From Eledone cirrhosa (taxonomy: Eukaryota), in assembly GCA_964016885.1 (NCBI GenBank), contig OZ024758.1:18352001-18416000 (forward strand): a stretch of 64,000 nucleotides of DNA, given 5' to 3'. The translations under genes and the position numbers were made by a program. Of the stretch, positions 1-14,199 are shown piece after piece (positions within the stretch are counted from its first letter, which is position 1; each line of letters begins with the position of its first letter). Below the pieces are notes generated by a model. That model was not told the DNA's origin. It worked only from the letters and a program-made list of their open reading frames with translations, and did not search any database.

Positions 1-94
1 CTGAAAATATAACTTTTAAAGTATAATTTGCGGTAGATTTAACTGATAATTGTTGTTACGTATTGTAACAACGTATGGTTTTCCGTAGTTCCAC

Positions 95-135
<41 letters not shown>

Positions 136-338
136 TATATAAACAGTTAAGTTATACAAAAGTGAGTTACAAACGAAACGAAATTTAATTTCGTTTCGTT
201 ATTTGTTTTTATCGTCTCCGTTGAAGCGGTACGTACTCACGCTCTATGCAAATTAGTCTGCCCACTACTAATTTTCATAGAAAAAGCATATAACGATATG
301 TGCTTTTACGATTCTCTAGAAAGGCCGGAAGATAGGTA

Positions 339-383
339 AATATTGCTGATGAGTTGTAACAACAACGGAACTAGTTCAATATT
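339..383 (+). ncRNA. Minimal type I hammerhead motif, unit 1 (GGAA instead of GAAA)
   Basis: aatattg-CTGATGA-gttg(taacaa)caac-GGAA-CTAG-TT-caatatt. Confidence 0.7.
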
Positions 384-803
384 CCTTTCTGCCTTTCTGG
401 AGAATAGAGGAAAGGTGTTTCCTCAAAAACCAGTATGACTCTAAAAACCGGTTTGTCTGTGTGTTTACATACAGAATAGCTGGGCACTCACAGTAAAGTG
501 ACCAGTGAAAAACTCGGTACATCTACATATGTATACGTGTGTGTATTCATATGCATACTAGTATTTCAGTATGCATATGTGGATGTACATTTTTAACTTA
601 ATTGTTTAAGCGTCAGTCATACAAAAGTGAGTTACAAACGAAACGAAATTTAATTTCGTTTCGTTATTTGTTTTTATCGTCTCCGTTGAAGCGGTACGTA
701 CTCACGCTCTATGCAAATTAGTCTGCCCACTACTAATTTTCATAGAAAAAGCATATAACGATATGTGCTTTTACGATTCTCTAGAAAGGCCGGAAGATAG
801 GTA

Positions 804-848
804 AATATTGCTGATGAGTTGTAACAACAACGGAACTAGTTCAATATT
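804..848 (+). ncRNA. Minimal type I hammerhead motif, unit 2 (GGAA variant)
   Basis: Same sequence as unit 1; CTGATGA at 811-817. Confidence 0.7.
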
Positions 849-1268
849 CCTTTCTGCCTTTCTGGAGAATAGAGGAAAGGTGTTTCCTCAAAAACCAGTA
901 TGACTCTAAAAACCGGTTTGTCTGTGTGTTTACATACAGAATAGCTGGGCACTCACAGTAAAGTGACCAGTGAAAAACTCGGTACATCTACATATGTATA
1001 CGTGTGTGTATTCATATGCATACTAGTATTTCAGTATGCATATGTGGATGTACATTTTTAACTTAATTGTTTAAGCGTCAGTCATACAAAAGTGAGTTAC
1101 AAACGAAACGAAATTTAATTGCGTTTCGTTATTTGTTTTTATCGTCTCCGTTGAACCGGTACGTACTCACGCTCTATGCAAATTAGTCTGCCCACTACTA
1201 ATTTTCATAGAAAAAGCATATAACGATATGTGCTTTTACGATTCTCTAGAAAGGCCGGAAGATAGGTA

Positions 1269-1313
1269 AATATTGCTGATGAGTTGTAACAACAACGAAA
1301 CTAGTTCAATATT
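1269..1313 (+). ncRNA. Minimal type I hammerhead ribozyme, unit 3 (canonical core)
   Basis: Stem I aatattg/caatatt, CTGATGA 1276-1282, stem II gttg/caac, GAAA 1297-1300, palindromic CTAG stem III, GUU triplet. Confidence 0.85.
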
Positions 1314-1601
1314 CCTTGTCTGGCTTTCTGGAGAATAGAGGAAAGGTGTTTCCTCAAAAACCAGTATGACTCTAAAAACCGGTTTGTCTGTGTGTTTACA
1401 TACAGAATAGCTGGACACTCACAGTAAAGTGACCAGTGAAAAACTCGGTACATCTACATATGTATACGTGTGTGTATTCATATGCATACTAGTATTTCAG
1501 TATACATATGTGGATGTACATTTTTAATTTAATTGTTTAAGCGTCAGTCATACAAAAGTGAGTTACAAACGAAACGAAATTTAATTTCGTTTCGTTATTT
1601 G

Positions 1602-1656
<55 letters not shown>

Positions 1657-1667
1657 TTTTTTGTGTG

Positions 1668-2418
1668 TATATGTTGGTTGTATACCAACACCTCAGTATG
1701 CAGATTGGTGCACTCGACGAAGTGCGCAGGTTGGTTTGGTTACTCCGGAGTAATGTAAAATAAAATAAAATAACTAATTCGAATGTTTAAAATGTGGCTT
1801 CGTTTATTACTGCTATATAAATTTCGGTGACAGGCATCTTTGGCTGTGACCTCTTCAGGCATTCCGAAATAGTGTGGTAGAGACGAGTACACATGATGTT
1901 GAGGTGTTTAACTTTGTCAATACTCTGATATGCCTAGTTCCTGGTTGGGTTGTTATTTCCCTGAGGAACTGGAATCATATGAATTTAAACAAACGAATTT
2001 CAGCGTCAATGGGCCTCTTCTCCTCTCGTTGGTCTGTTGTTAGAACATTCCTCAGTCAAAAGTCTATAGAAATTCGTTCTGAGGCAAGCCAATCTGTAGT
2101 GGTTGTTCTTGTTATTGTTAGATATATCTGACCTCTATTCTTATGTTGGTATTGGTGTTGTTGTTGGAGTCAGCTCAAAAAAAATGATAAAGTGATAGAA
2201 GGTATAAGAGGGTAAAGGAACAAAATAAAATAAAATAATCAAATAAAATATTTGTGTGTATTATACCCATCTCAATGTTATAAAGATTTGTAAGGTCACG
2301 CTTCCCATTGGTCAGTTTTGAGAGCATTCCTCAGTCACTGCTGTCACTGAAATATATATAGCAGTAATAAACGAGGCCAAATTTTAAACATTTGACTTAT
2401 TTATTTTATTTCATTTTA
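1668..2418 (-). mobile_element. HHR-bearing PLE pLTR-like repeat (family C) with an inverted terminal arm at 2340-2418
   Basis: Reverse-complement homology to 48390-48785; 2340-2418 is an inverted copy of about 1755-1833; bounded by (TA)n. Confidence 0.7.
1809..1863 (-). ncRNA. Type I hammerhead motif (family C)
   Basis: Minus strand: gc-CTGAAGA-ggtcac...gtcacc-GAAA-tttata-TA-gcagt. Confidence 0.7.
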
Positions 2419-2944
2419 TATATATAAATATATATATATACACATATTTATATATAAATAAATATATATATATATATATATTAACTTTCTCGCAGCTTAT
2501 TTCAATTTATAATTTGTTCAAAGAGAATTAGTAAACATGATTAGAGACAGCAGGTTTTAGAAATCATAATATATTTAAGATTTGAAACGTTGCTAATAGA
2601 TAATTCAGAACTTCATCATCTGTGTAAAGAGTAAGTCATAAGGTGATAAGGTGATACTGTATCATACAAATTGGGTAGAAAAGTCAAATAATTTAGTCAA
2701 ATATGTATGGGAGAATTTACTGAAATAAAATAATACACGTCTTCCAAATTTGTTCTGCTCCCAATTACTTAAAGATTGAGAATCATATCATTATATTTGA
2801 CTATATTTATGGTGGTTCTTGCTTGAAGCAACTTCATTCCTGATTAGTTGTTCATATTTATATAACTTTCTGTGATACACGAAGTTTTAACAATTGTTCA
2901 TATAATATAGGAATTTAAGTGTTTCTAGCTGATGAGAAACCACC

Positions 2945-2979
<35 letters not shown>

Positions 2980-3075
2980 TGCCTTGTCTAACGAACGAAT
3001 GCAGACGTTTCTTGTATTCGTCTTATTCGGGAAACCTCTGGTAATGATGTAATTATATTTTATTGTTTATTATAC

Positions 3076-3167
<92 letters not shown>

Positions 3168-3174
3168 CATATAT

Positions 3175-3580
3175 ATAATACAAGGACGAATGGTTACTCC
3201 TTCATAACGTTTATTGTTTGGTGACGCGTGTTTCGCTACTGATCGGCTCAAGGTTCAATCTGTAACGATCTAACTCGTCTCTGCAATCAAAATCTCATGG
3301 AACTTCTGTGGTAGTAACGGCAGAATGAATATACTAACTCTAGCAAACACCGGGAAGAACTATTCAAATAGAAGAGAAATCTAGTCGGACAAGATCGATA
3401 CAAATCGATCATTAGCGAAACAGGCGTCACCAACGAATAAACGTAATGATGGAGTAAACATTCGTCCTTGTTTTATTATATTACACTCTGTCTAGCTCTA
3501 TACCTCGATAATGACGTGAACTTAAGCACGTAGTGCTTACCCGGGTGAACCCACAGTAACTCTGAGTTACACTCCCCGGA
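3175..3580. mobile_element. Foldback repeat family D carrying HHR 3' halves in both arms
   Basis: Inverted arms (acaaggacgaatggttactcc / ggagtaaacattcgtccttgt); agcGAAAcaggcGTCacc at 3414-3431; homologous to 6135-6415 and 53520-53790. Confidence 0.7.
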
Positions 3581-3672
3581 TATATATCATCATCATCATC
3601 ATCTTCATCATAATTTTACGTCCGCTTTTCCCTGCTTGCAAAGGTCTATAAATATATATATATACATATATA

Positions 3673-3829
<157 letters not shown>

Positions 3830-5614
3830 GGTGTACAATGCATGGAGAGATGCAGAGTGTGTATATAAATAAGTATAATCCTGACTATGGAGATTAATCT
3901 TTATAAAACACCATACCGAATTAACATATAAAGAGCAAGATACAGCCTGGTCGCGGATGAAACGCTGTTAATCCGTGATTTACTTATTCAGGTTGTCTTA
4001 TATTTATGTATAACACCACCATACACTTAAATACAAAAAAAACATTTAGGTATCTACTAGTGCTTATGTCAGATAGTTTAGCAATATAATTACACATGTA
4101 TGTTTTATTATTATCTAAGGCCTATGAATTTCTGATACATATTTCAAAAGTATAAAAACAATGTTGTTTCCGATCGATGCATTCCTATATATCTAAACTA
4201 ATTATCAGCTAATTAACAACATAGGTTTTCTCTATATATCTTTTTATAAACAAAAATCAATATACGAACATTATTAATGCAAAGCAGCCCACAAAATAGA
4301 GAACAGTTCCATTACTACAGTAAACAAAAGTATAGTATGTGATGAATAGGTATGATATTTCTTTACGATATGAACAGATATCACATTGAAACAACAATGA
4401 ACATATACATGGGCATTTTTTATACATGCTGCATGAGTTGCCGGGAAGCTTTGTTTTTCAGCTAACTCTCATTCGACGCTGGGTAATCTGGTTAAGTTAA
4501 GACAACGTATTTCTTTCACATAAGTTTTAACAATTTCGAGAACGGGGAACAAAAGTGTACCGATAATTGCCATTGACGTTCTACATATGTATGAAGTCTT
4601 CAGAACTCATGATCAAATCAGATGAATGGAATACCTTATAAATGATAATATATATTACCAGAATACTAATTTAATAACCAACGAAAAATAATTCGATTTC
4701 AAATAACTTTCTTTAAGAACATGATTCTAATTGATCACATTTATACAGGATATTGTTAATTTTAGATATAATTGGTAATAATAATAAATAAGACCATAAT
4801 GTAGAATAGAATACTAGGTCCATTAATGCTTCTATATCATGAAAGAGATGTTTTGGTTTTCAAGACGAGCACAAAGTGAATTGATTCCAACTGCCAAATA
4901 TAAAAAAAAAACAAAAAACGCTCTAGTGAAATTCAGTTTTGTAATATGTTTTTATCAATGTCTTTATCCTTTTGACTCAAAGACGTTCAGGATGATGATA
5001 AGAGACTTCCTGTTTTTGTCTCGTTGACAAAGACATGCATACCACATCGTCTTTCCCAACAAAATAACAATTTAGCAAAAATCTGAAAAAAATATTGTTT
5101 GAAACAACGATATGAAAACAATAACCAAGATGTGAATTTCATGTCAAGAAACAGGAAAACATTTTCTGAATCGTGCTGGATTAAATGTAAGTATTCTGAC
5201 AGACGATATTAAATACCACAGCATAATATTAGAATGCACAAGTGTTTACGTTAAGAAACATGACAGAACATGTACATTACTATCAATAATATTTTTGGGC
5301 ACTTAAATGTAAATGTTGAAATAAGCAGAATAATAAAAAAACACGCCCAATTTCGTGAGAAACAAAAATGTTAACATAATATAGCTGAAGGGATAAGATA
5401 TATTAAATCATATTTAAAAGGTTTTAATTTGCGGGTCAAATGTTTAAACGTCTTTCGCTAAACCAACTAAGAATCAGGCTTCATTTGATTAAAATATATG
5501 TCATTATGTAATCTCACGTCCATAGTATCGGAACTATGATCACTCAATTCGGGGAAGAAGCGACTCCGAATTGAGAGATCACAGTTCCAATACTGTGTGC
5601 ATATGGCTAGGATG

Positions 5615-5692
<78 letters not shown>

Positions 5693-5694
<2 letters not shown>

Positions 5695-6101
5695 GATGTA
5701 AATAGACCTGATATAATACTGAAGGACTTTAAAAAGAGGGTATGCCTGATAATTGTTGGTCCGATTCAATAGACAAGAATGTATCTATAAAAACATTTGA
5801 AACATTGAGAAAGTATAAGGACCTGGAGATAGAAATTGGAAAAATGTGGAAATTGAGAACTAAAACAATACCAGTGGTTGTAGGCCCTCTAGGAGAAATA
5901 CAAAATATAGTACTAATGGGAACTGCCCATATACTAAAGAAGATTCTGTCAATATAAGTACATCACAAGTCTAAACACCTAAAGATGCATGTGTGTGTAT
6001 GTAAGTTCTTCCTTGAACATGGCGGAACTTGTTATCTCTTGAGGTCACTGGTTGTGACTTGGTGATAACTCGTATGAACATAAAGCAAGATAAATGCAAC
6101 T
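5693..6101 (+). mobile_element. 5'-truncated R4/Dong-clade non-LTR retrotransposon: restriction-like endonuclease C-terminus plus 3' UTR
   Basis: NRPDIILKDFKKRVCLII from 5701, then a frameshift into DKNVSIKTFETLRKYKDLEIEIGKMWKLRTKTIPVVVGPLG..GTAHILKKILSI*; PD..D..K-KY motif; (TAA)n on both sides (5621-5692, 6102-6124). Confidence 0.85.
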
Positions 6102-6134
6102 GTAATAATAATAATAATAATAATGATACAATGA

Positions 6135-6412
6135 TAAATGGTTAATTCTTCATTACATTTATGGTTGGTCACGCGCGTTTCATTACTGATCAGCTCAAGG
6201 TTGGATCAGTATCGATCTAGGCCGATTCTGGAATCAAAAGCTCGTCGGACCTCTGTGGGAGTAATGACAGAATGATTAAACGTAATGAAGGAGTAAATAT
6301 TGATCCTTGTTTTATTATATTACACTCAGGCTTGCTCTACACCTCGATACCGACGTGAACCGAAACATCGAGTAGTCACACGGGTGAAACTACTGTAACT
6401 CCGCGTTACATT

Positions 6413-6415
<3 letters not shown>
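6135..6415 (-). mobile_element. Family D foldback repeat with variant HHR (6167-6251)
   Basis: Minus strand: ggt-CCGACGA-gct..about 60 nt..-GAAA-cgcgc-GTG-acc. Confidence 0.6.
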
Positions 6416-7694
<1,279 letters not shown>

Positions 7695-7696
<2 letters not shown>

Positions 7697-7860
7697 AAGA
7701 GTCAGGATACCGACGGCTGAGATCCGGCCGTTTCGACAGCTAGATCAGTTCGATTCAGCTGTCGGGAGTCCAGTCTTCTTTCATATTAGCCACTCTATAA
7801 CCCTAAGTATTAAGTATTGTGGTGCGTTATGCTCCACCATGTATCTTACCAAACCCTCTT

Positions 7861-7865
<5 letters not shown>
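7695..7865. mobile_element. Family B foldback repeat (diverged)
   Basis: gacggctgag..ccgtttcgacagcta plus tail ccactctataaccctaagtatt, shared with the 18.4, 24.9 and 29.6 kb copies. Confidence 0.7.
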
Positions 7866-7904
<39 letters not shown>

Positions 7905-9098
7905 ATGTGTCTGTGTGTGTGTGTGTCTGTGTATATATGTATACATACGCATGTTTAGAGCCAGTTACTTTTGGGGAAATATGGATGATAAGATATTTGC
8001 ATTTATCTGACGTATATCAGAGTTAAGTATTTGCGGTCCTACTTTCGTATTTGCATATATATACTTAATCAATACTTTATGCCTGTTCTTCTATGTTATC
8101 CTGGTTGTCACAGTTATTATTTATACTGAAATCATACACATTTACCCCAGTCATCTTTTTTCTGCAGTTTTATTACATGTCAAATATACTTTTATTCTGG
8201 ATCAATAATTTTTACATAAATACTCAAACCGGGAAAATCTATATAACAATATGTATTTCGTTAAGAATTCCCATAGATTTTTCTAGAAAATACCGTGTTT
8301 ATGTCGGTTCATGTCTGTATTACAATGAAAGTGCTTATTATAAATAACACCAACACTACAAGAGACGAATCAATGGAAGTTTTATATAATTTCCACTGGA
8401 TCTTTTGCTTCTTTTGTATGTGTATTCAAACATCTGCTAAACTCTTGAGACAATTTTTTATTTAAATCTATAATTGATCTCGAAAGTTGACATCGATCAA
8501 ATGTCCCTTTGCGTTTACTTTCTCTAGCGGTTTCCTAAACATTATATCATTAATACTCCGTATCATTCTACATTACCTTAGTCCTATTTTTCTTAGGGGG
8601 TTTTCTTTCATCGCTTTTCTTCTTACATTTATTAGATTTCAAACCTTTTTATGTACATTTTCTAATTCATTTAACATGAAATCAAAGCTATTGAAGTTTG
8701 TTAAAAAGTAAGCATGCATCTATATTTTATGTCACATATCTTCTAGGATAAGTGAGAAATTGTGTAACTGGCGATTCCCTGAATTATGAAGCAATTTTAA
8801 CCTAAAATAATTTCAGCAAAATTAAAACTGTAAATCGGACAATAAGATATCAATTTGTTCATAATATATTTTACATACAGTACATCACGAGTCTACAAAG
8901 CAGTAGCGTATACATACATAGAAACAACCAATATATATACACATACACACACACACATATATATATATATGCACATATGTATGCATGTGTCTGTGGTTGT
9001 GCGTGTGTATGTAGTATTTATATGTTAATTGCTCTATTTTCATCCTTTTCTCTATACATAAACTTACACACACAATATATATACATACACACACACAC

Positions 9099-9139
<41 letters not shown>

Positions 9140-9761
9140 TATATATATTCAGGCCTATAGATGTCAGCTAAACTAACATTTGTTTTAGTAAATATGTATA
9201 TATTTACCATATTCAGCAGTAGTATTTATTTAATATAATGTATGTTATGAAACCATATATCTCTTACTGTCAGAAATTATGAATTGTAAACAATCTTTGT
9301 TTGTTTGAGAATATAATATTAGGCCCCAGCTGTGTGGAATGTACAACATGGTTAATATATAATCAACATATATTTACTCCTTTCCTCAGATCCGTTTGCC
9401 TCGATTGTAACGTACACATTTGCAAATACATATACACTACCTATAATAAGAAAAATCATCGCTAGAGCAGCGGTTAAAACAGCTAAATTATGTCAATGAC
9501 AGAGATGACCAAAAATGCCTCTCATGACAGGGACCAGCGGCCAGTGGTTAACACATTGCAGATACAACATTCACATTGTGTGTTACATATAAACGTGTAT
9601 GGGTATGAGGAATATGTGAGACAAATTTAAAGATTGTTGGTTATAGCACAGGCTAGATATAGAATATGTAGCAACAAGGGCGGTGCTCCAGCATGGCCTC
9701 AGTCGAATGGCTGGAACATCTAAAATAGTAAAAGAGTAAAATAGTATATAAAACAGTAAAC

Positions 9762-9866
9762 AATAATTGTTTCTACTTTTGGCAGAAGGCCAGCGATTAC
9801 CCAGTGCATTACTGGTACTTTATTGTATCCACCCGGTAAGGATGAAAGGCAAAGTTAACCTCGGCA
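9762..9866 (-). mobile_element. SINE fragment
   Basis: Core tactggtactttattgtatc..aaggatgaaaggcaaagttaacctcggc. Confidence 0.8.
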
Positions 9867-10758
9867 AACTATAATACTCATCATATTATTTGTTTCAGCA
9901 AATTTATACGTAACAGCATTGAAACAACTGAAATACAAATAAAACTACAAACGTCATAGTTGATTTTCAACTTACTGTCTTACATTCAGTATAAGTACAC
10001 ATTCCTCGGACAACGGCGTCTTAGATATATTTCCAAAGAATGTCATGTGCTTAATCAATAATCTCACTTCTATAGAATTCATTCCAGTTATTACCAATCA
10101 TTTTGTTATTTAATAGTGCAGATATATATGTAATGCTTATCTGAAATACATTAGTGTCCCGTTTTCAAGACTCATACACATGCCGCTAATTTAGTTTAAT
10201 ATATATCCTAGAGACTACTAATGTTCAACTAATCCTTAGGGCATAAGACATATGCATACATTATTCGTTATCTGATATTAAACCTATTCTCATATATGCA
10301 ATTGTAAGTACATATTATCTTATGCATTATACATTAGCAGTGGTTTTGAGTCAACGCTTCAGAATAGATATAATGCAAATATGTTCGTTTTGTTCAATGT
10401 ATTTTATAGATGTCTTTCTCTATGAGACAATAGTGAATATTGAAACAGAATTATTTACATGAATATTTGACTAAAGACAGTTTAAGGAGTGCAATATCTC
10501 AAAATGAGGTATACTCAAATTTTAGTCGAATACTCATACACTTAGATAATAGAGGAAATGTTCGGTTGTGCCAACATATTTTCATAAATATGTTCATAAA
10601 CGTAATGTAAGATACATTTACTGATTAATAGATATAAGCTATATCACCAAGTATGGCGATACAGAACGTATCTTCAATAAGAACTGTTGTTATTTTCTCA
10701 ACGTCGATAATGTGATATCTTCAATTCTGTCAACTAATCTGTTTGCACTGACATTGCT

Positions 10759-11065
10759 TGTGAATTGGCAGTATCGGTAGACGGTCGGACGCCATGCTTC
10801 GACGCATAGAGTTACGGTCCTTACAATTCTGAGTTCAAATAACTCCGATGTTAACTTTGCCCTTCCTCCTTACGGGTTCGATAAAATGAAGTACCAGTAA
10901 TGCACTGATATAATTGCTGGCCTTGTGCCAATAGTAGAAACAATTATTACAGTTACAGATGGTGGTAGACCGGCAGTATCGGTAGAACGTCAGGCACCAT
11001 GCTTTGCAGCATAGAATTATGGCCTTTCATCTAAGTTCAAATCCCGCCGAGGTTAAATTTGCCAC
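10759..11065 (+). mobile_element. Two tandem tRNA-derived SINEs (full plus partial)
   Basis: A-box-like tggcagtatcggtag, B-box-like gagttcaaat, conserved core ctttgcc..atccttacgggtcgataaaat..gtaccag, tail ggccttgtgccaa..gaaacaattatta. Confidence 0.85.
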
Positions 11066-13135
11066 GTAATGAGTTGAATCAACCTGAGAATTACGTTAAT
11101 TGTACACATGTCTGTGGAATGGTCATCCACTTGCCTTTTAATCTCATGAGCAGGTTAGTCCTTTGATTGGAAAAACTGGAAGATCCATTGTCGAAAGCAA
11201 TTGTGAAAAGTTTACTTCATTTTATGAAGCACTCTAACTATTGGAATTCTAATATATATATCTGCAACCATATATTATTACTATATTATCCTAAACTTAG
11301 CAAAATTTGCCCAGGAAAAAATATTCACGAAGTAATACAAGCAATGTTTACTTCACGTAAATACTCAGTCGGAAACTTACAGCTTTCCATTATTTATTGT
11401 CAGTTGCTGTGAATTAAGATTGAGAGAGAAAAACGATAAAAGTAAATTCCTTTATTTTTTAAATGGTTATCATAGAAAAGTTCCATTTTGTCAATATTTC
11501 TTAAAATTTGCTGGTGTCAGAATTAATGAAAGGCGCTTTGTGAAAGCTGTGTGAAATTGCCGTTTAAATGTTTTTTTTTTCTAATCTTATTTTTACAAAT
11601 CGTTTTTGTTTTCTATTTAAAGCAAGAACATTGTTGTCTTCTTTGTCTCAAGCTTCATACTGATTTACATTAATATATTTATTTTGTTCGAGTAATTTTT
11701 TTTTTCAAAAGCATTTTCTTCAATCTGCTAATAGTTCCACACTCTTTCATCTTTAGATTTTAAAAGCAGTTTTGTATTTTACTCCCGTTAAATATAAAAT
11801 TAGCTGCGTAATCTTAGCTGAAAGACGACGCAAATTACTAATACATAAAATATGTTCAGAGAAAGATAATGATATATATACTTACAATACATATCAAACA
11901 TTTCAATTCCGAATGGCTAAAAGTAAATTATATTAGTTGGTTTAAACTTGGGTTAAAAACGTTTAACTCACCCCACCTATTTATCAAATAGCATGCGCCC
12001 TTCTACTCAAAAATAAATATATTCTCTTTTATATATTTCGTCAATACAGGTGACGGTGCTGTGCACGTAGGTCTCCGTTGAAAGACACTATATAACATTT
12101 CTAGATGGACTAAATTAATATCCTTGTTATTCGTTCCTGTTTGATAACTTTCCATGTAATATGTGCCTTCTAATTAACAGTTCTGTGCTAATTATCTTAT
12201 CTATTCAGATTTTAGGAACACTCATAAAACTTACCCTTGCAAAGATATCATTAAATCATATTTTATTCTTTTAGACAATATAAAACTACCACAAAAGAAC
12301 AACTTCAAACAAGTTAAAATTCTCTCTATTTAAAAAAAAAAATATTCATGCATATCTCGACCCCGTTCCTCTCTATCTGACACAGTATACAAAAAATCAC
12401 AGTGTTGAAATGTGCTTCTATTGACCCTATTAACATCGCTGTTAATCAATACCTCTTTTTAATCATGTAACACTTTCATTAAAGTCATATATTTCACAAA
12501 CAGTTCTATAGACACAATATTAAATGTTTGGAATGTGCAGTCGCTTTATACTTAATATCACATTATTACATATCATCCAGAATGTACTGCTTATCATTAG
12601 TAAGATAATACCAGTAGAGGGAGCAATCAGCTTTCTGAAACAAGGAATTTCTTCCTCAACTACTAATACATGGGTGACATTCGGGTTTTTAAAACTCTAT
12701 CGCTGAGAACAATGGGTCGTATTTTCGCATGCACTGGACTAAAAATGAGAATGTTCAACAACATAAAATTACTTTCACTCAACGTCGCAGGGAACTAATC
12801 ATATATTGATCTCAAAGAACGTCAGGAAATAAAGGGGTTTGTATAAGCATATTAACATCATAGTTTGACATTACATCACACGCTGCTAATACAATTTAAT
12901 AAGTAACATACTAACTCATTCTGCTATTCTCGGTTCTAGATAATGCTCCTGGTTTGCACAAATGACATGTTCTAGAACGTGGAAGAAATTATTCTATTGT
13001 CATGTATAGCCTTATTGCTTGAAAATCTTTTACTTTTATGATTATTGAAAGATATCTAAGTATTATTGTGAATTAATTATTTCATCACATCGCAAGAGGT
13101 CGTGACAAAAACAATCTGAACACATTTGTGACCCA

Positions 13136-13205
<70 letters not shown>

Positions 13206-13215
<10 letters not shown>

Positions 13216-13297
13216 TGAATGTGAAGAATAAAATCCAAAGAAGGCTCGATAAGGATGAATATATCTCAAATATATAAGAACCGTAGAGCAAATATTC
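13206..13297. repeat. Short (TA)n-associated dispersed repeat (family E)
   Basis: Matches 60519-60611 (ggctcgataaggat..aaatatataagaaccgtag). Confidence 0.7.
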
Positions 13298-13742
13298 ATT
13301 ACATATGTATATATATATATATATAATGTATATATATAATGCATATTTTCATATACATATATTTCCCAATTATAGACTAGTTAATTTTTAAATTCCTCCA
13401 TTAGTTATTATTATGTCAAATATGGCAGAGGAACAACATTGCTTGTGATGAAATATCATGCTGCCATATGGAATAGCGTTATTAATATGTTCGTATTTCC
13501 GATGAAACCTGATTGCTTGATTTCCATACATTTTCTATGTTACATTATTTCAAAAGCATATATATTAATGTGCATTAGTTTGATGATAAATATGAAGGGG
13601 GAAATGGTGTATAGACAAGTCGAGCTGTATTTGCTCCCATATAATGATACATATCGGAATATCGTAATGCGTTACACGATGAATTCTTATAGGCAAATAC
13701 ACACACACATACACATACACGCACAGACACACACACGCACAC

Positions 13743-13797
<55 letters not shown>

Positions 13798-14199
13798 TTA
13801 TATAATGAAATTTAATTAAATATTTTACAACCTGCATAATGTGTCTCAGGATTTATATGTAGTTTTGATACGAGCTAAAAGATAATTTCAGTGCACTATC
13901 CTCGTTTATAAAGAAATTAATAGAACTTTAAACGTTATATAGATGATTTAATAGCAACATTCTATAGAGGAATTATGCTATCATTTTACATGTAACATTC
14001 TACATTAAATTATTTTAGGTCAATATGTAAATTTAATTTAGAAGATTCTGAGACACTCAAAATAACAATCTTCCATTGGAGGTGGAGGGTGTTTTAACTA
14101 ATATGTGTTGGAACAATATTTAAGGTGTTCATAATCTGTGTCATTAAGGTTTGTAGTTCTCATAGTATTCTAGCTGCATGCATAGCATTCACGATCCCA

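Larger units (their letters stand above)
154..1606 (+). repeat. Tandem array, 465-bp unit x about 3.1, flanked by (TA)n; one hammerhead motif per unit (retrozyme/PLE pLTR-like)
   Basis: Unit start atacaaaagtgagttacaaacg recurs at 154, 619, 1084 and 1550; units are nearly identical; (TA)n at 99-134 and 1606-1654. Confidence 0.95.

Noticed and set aside
154-1606. Tandem array as a CRISPR array or coding repeat
   Set aside because: Whole 465-bp units repeat with no unique spacers; only a 60-aa spurious ORF; eukaryotic context
2929-2940. CTGATGA immediately followed by GAAAC
   Set aside because: No stem II, stem III or cleavage triplet
10759-10850. tRNA gene
   Set aside because: A/B boxes belong to a multi-copy SINE head; no cloverleaf
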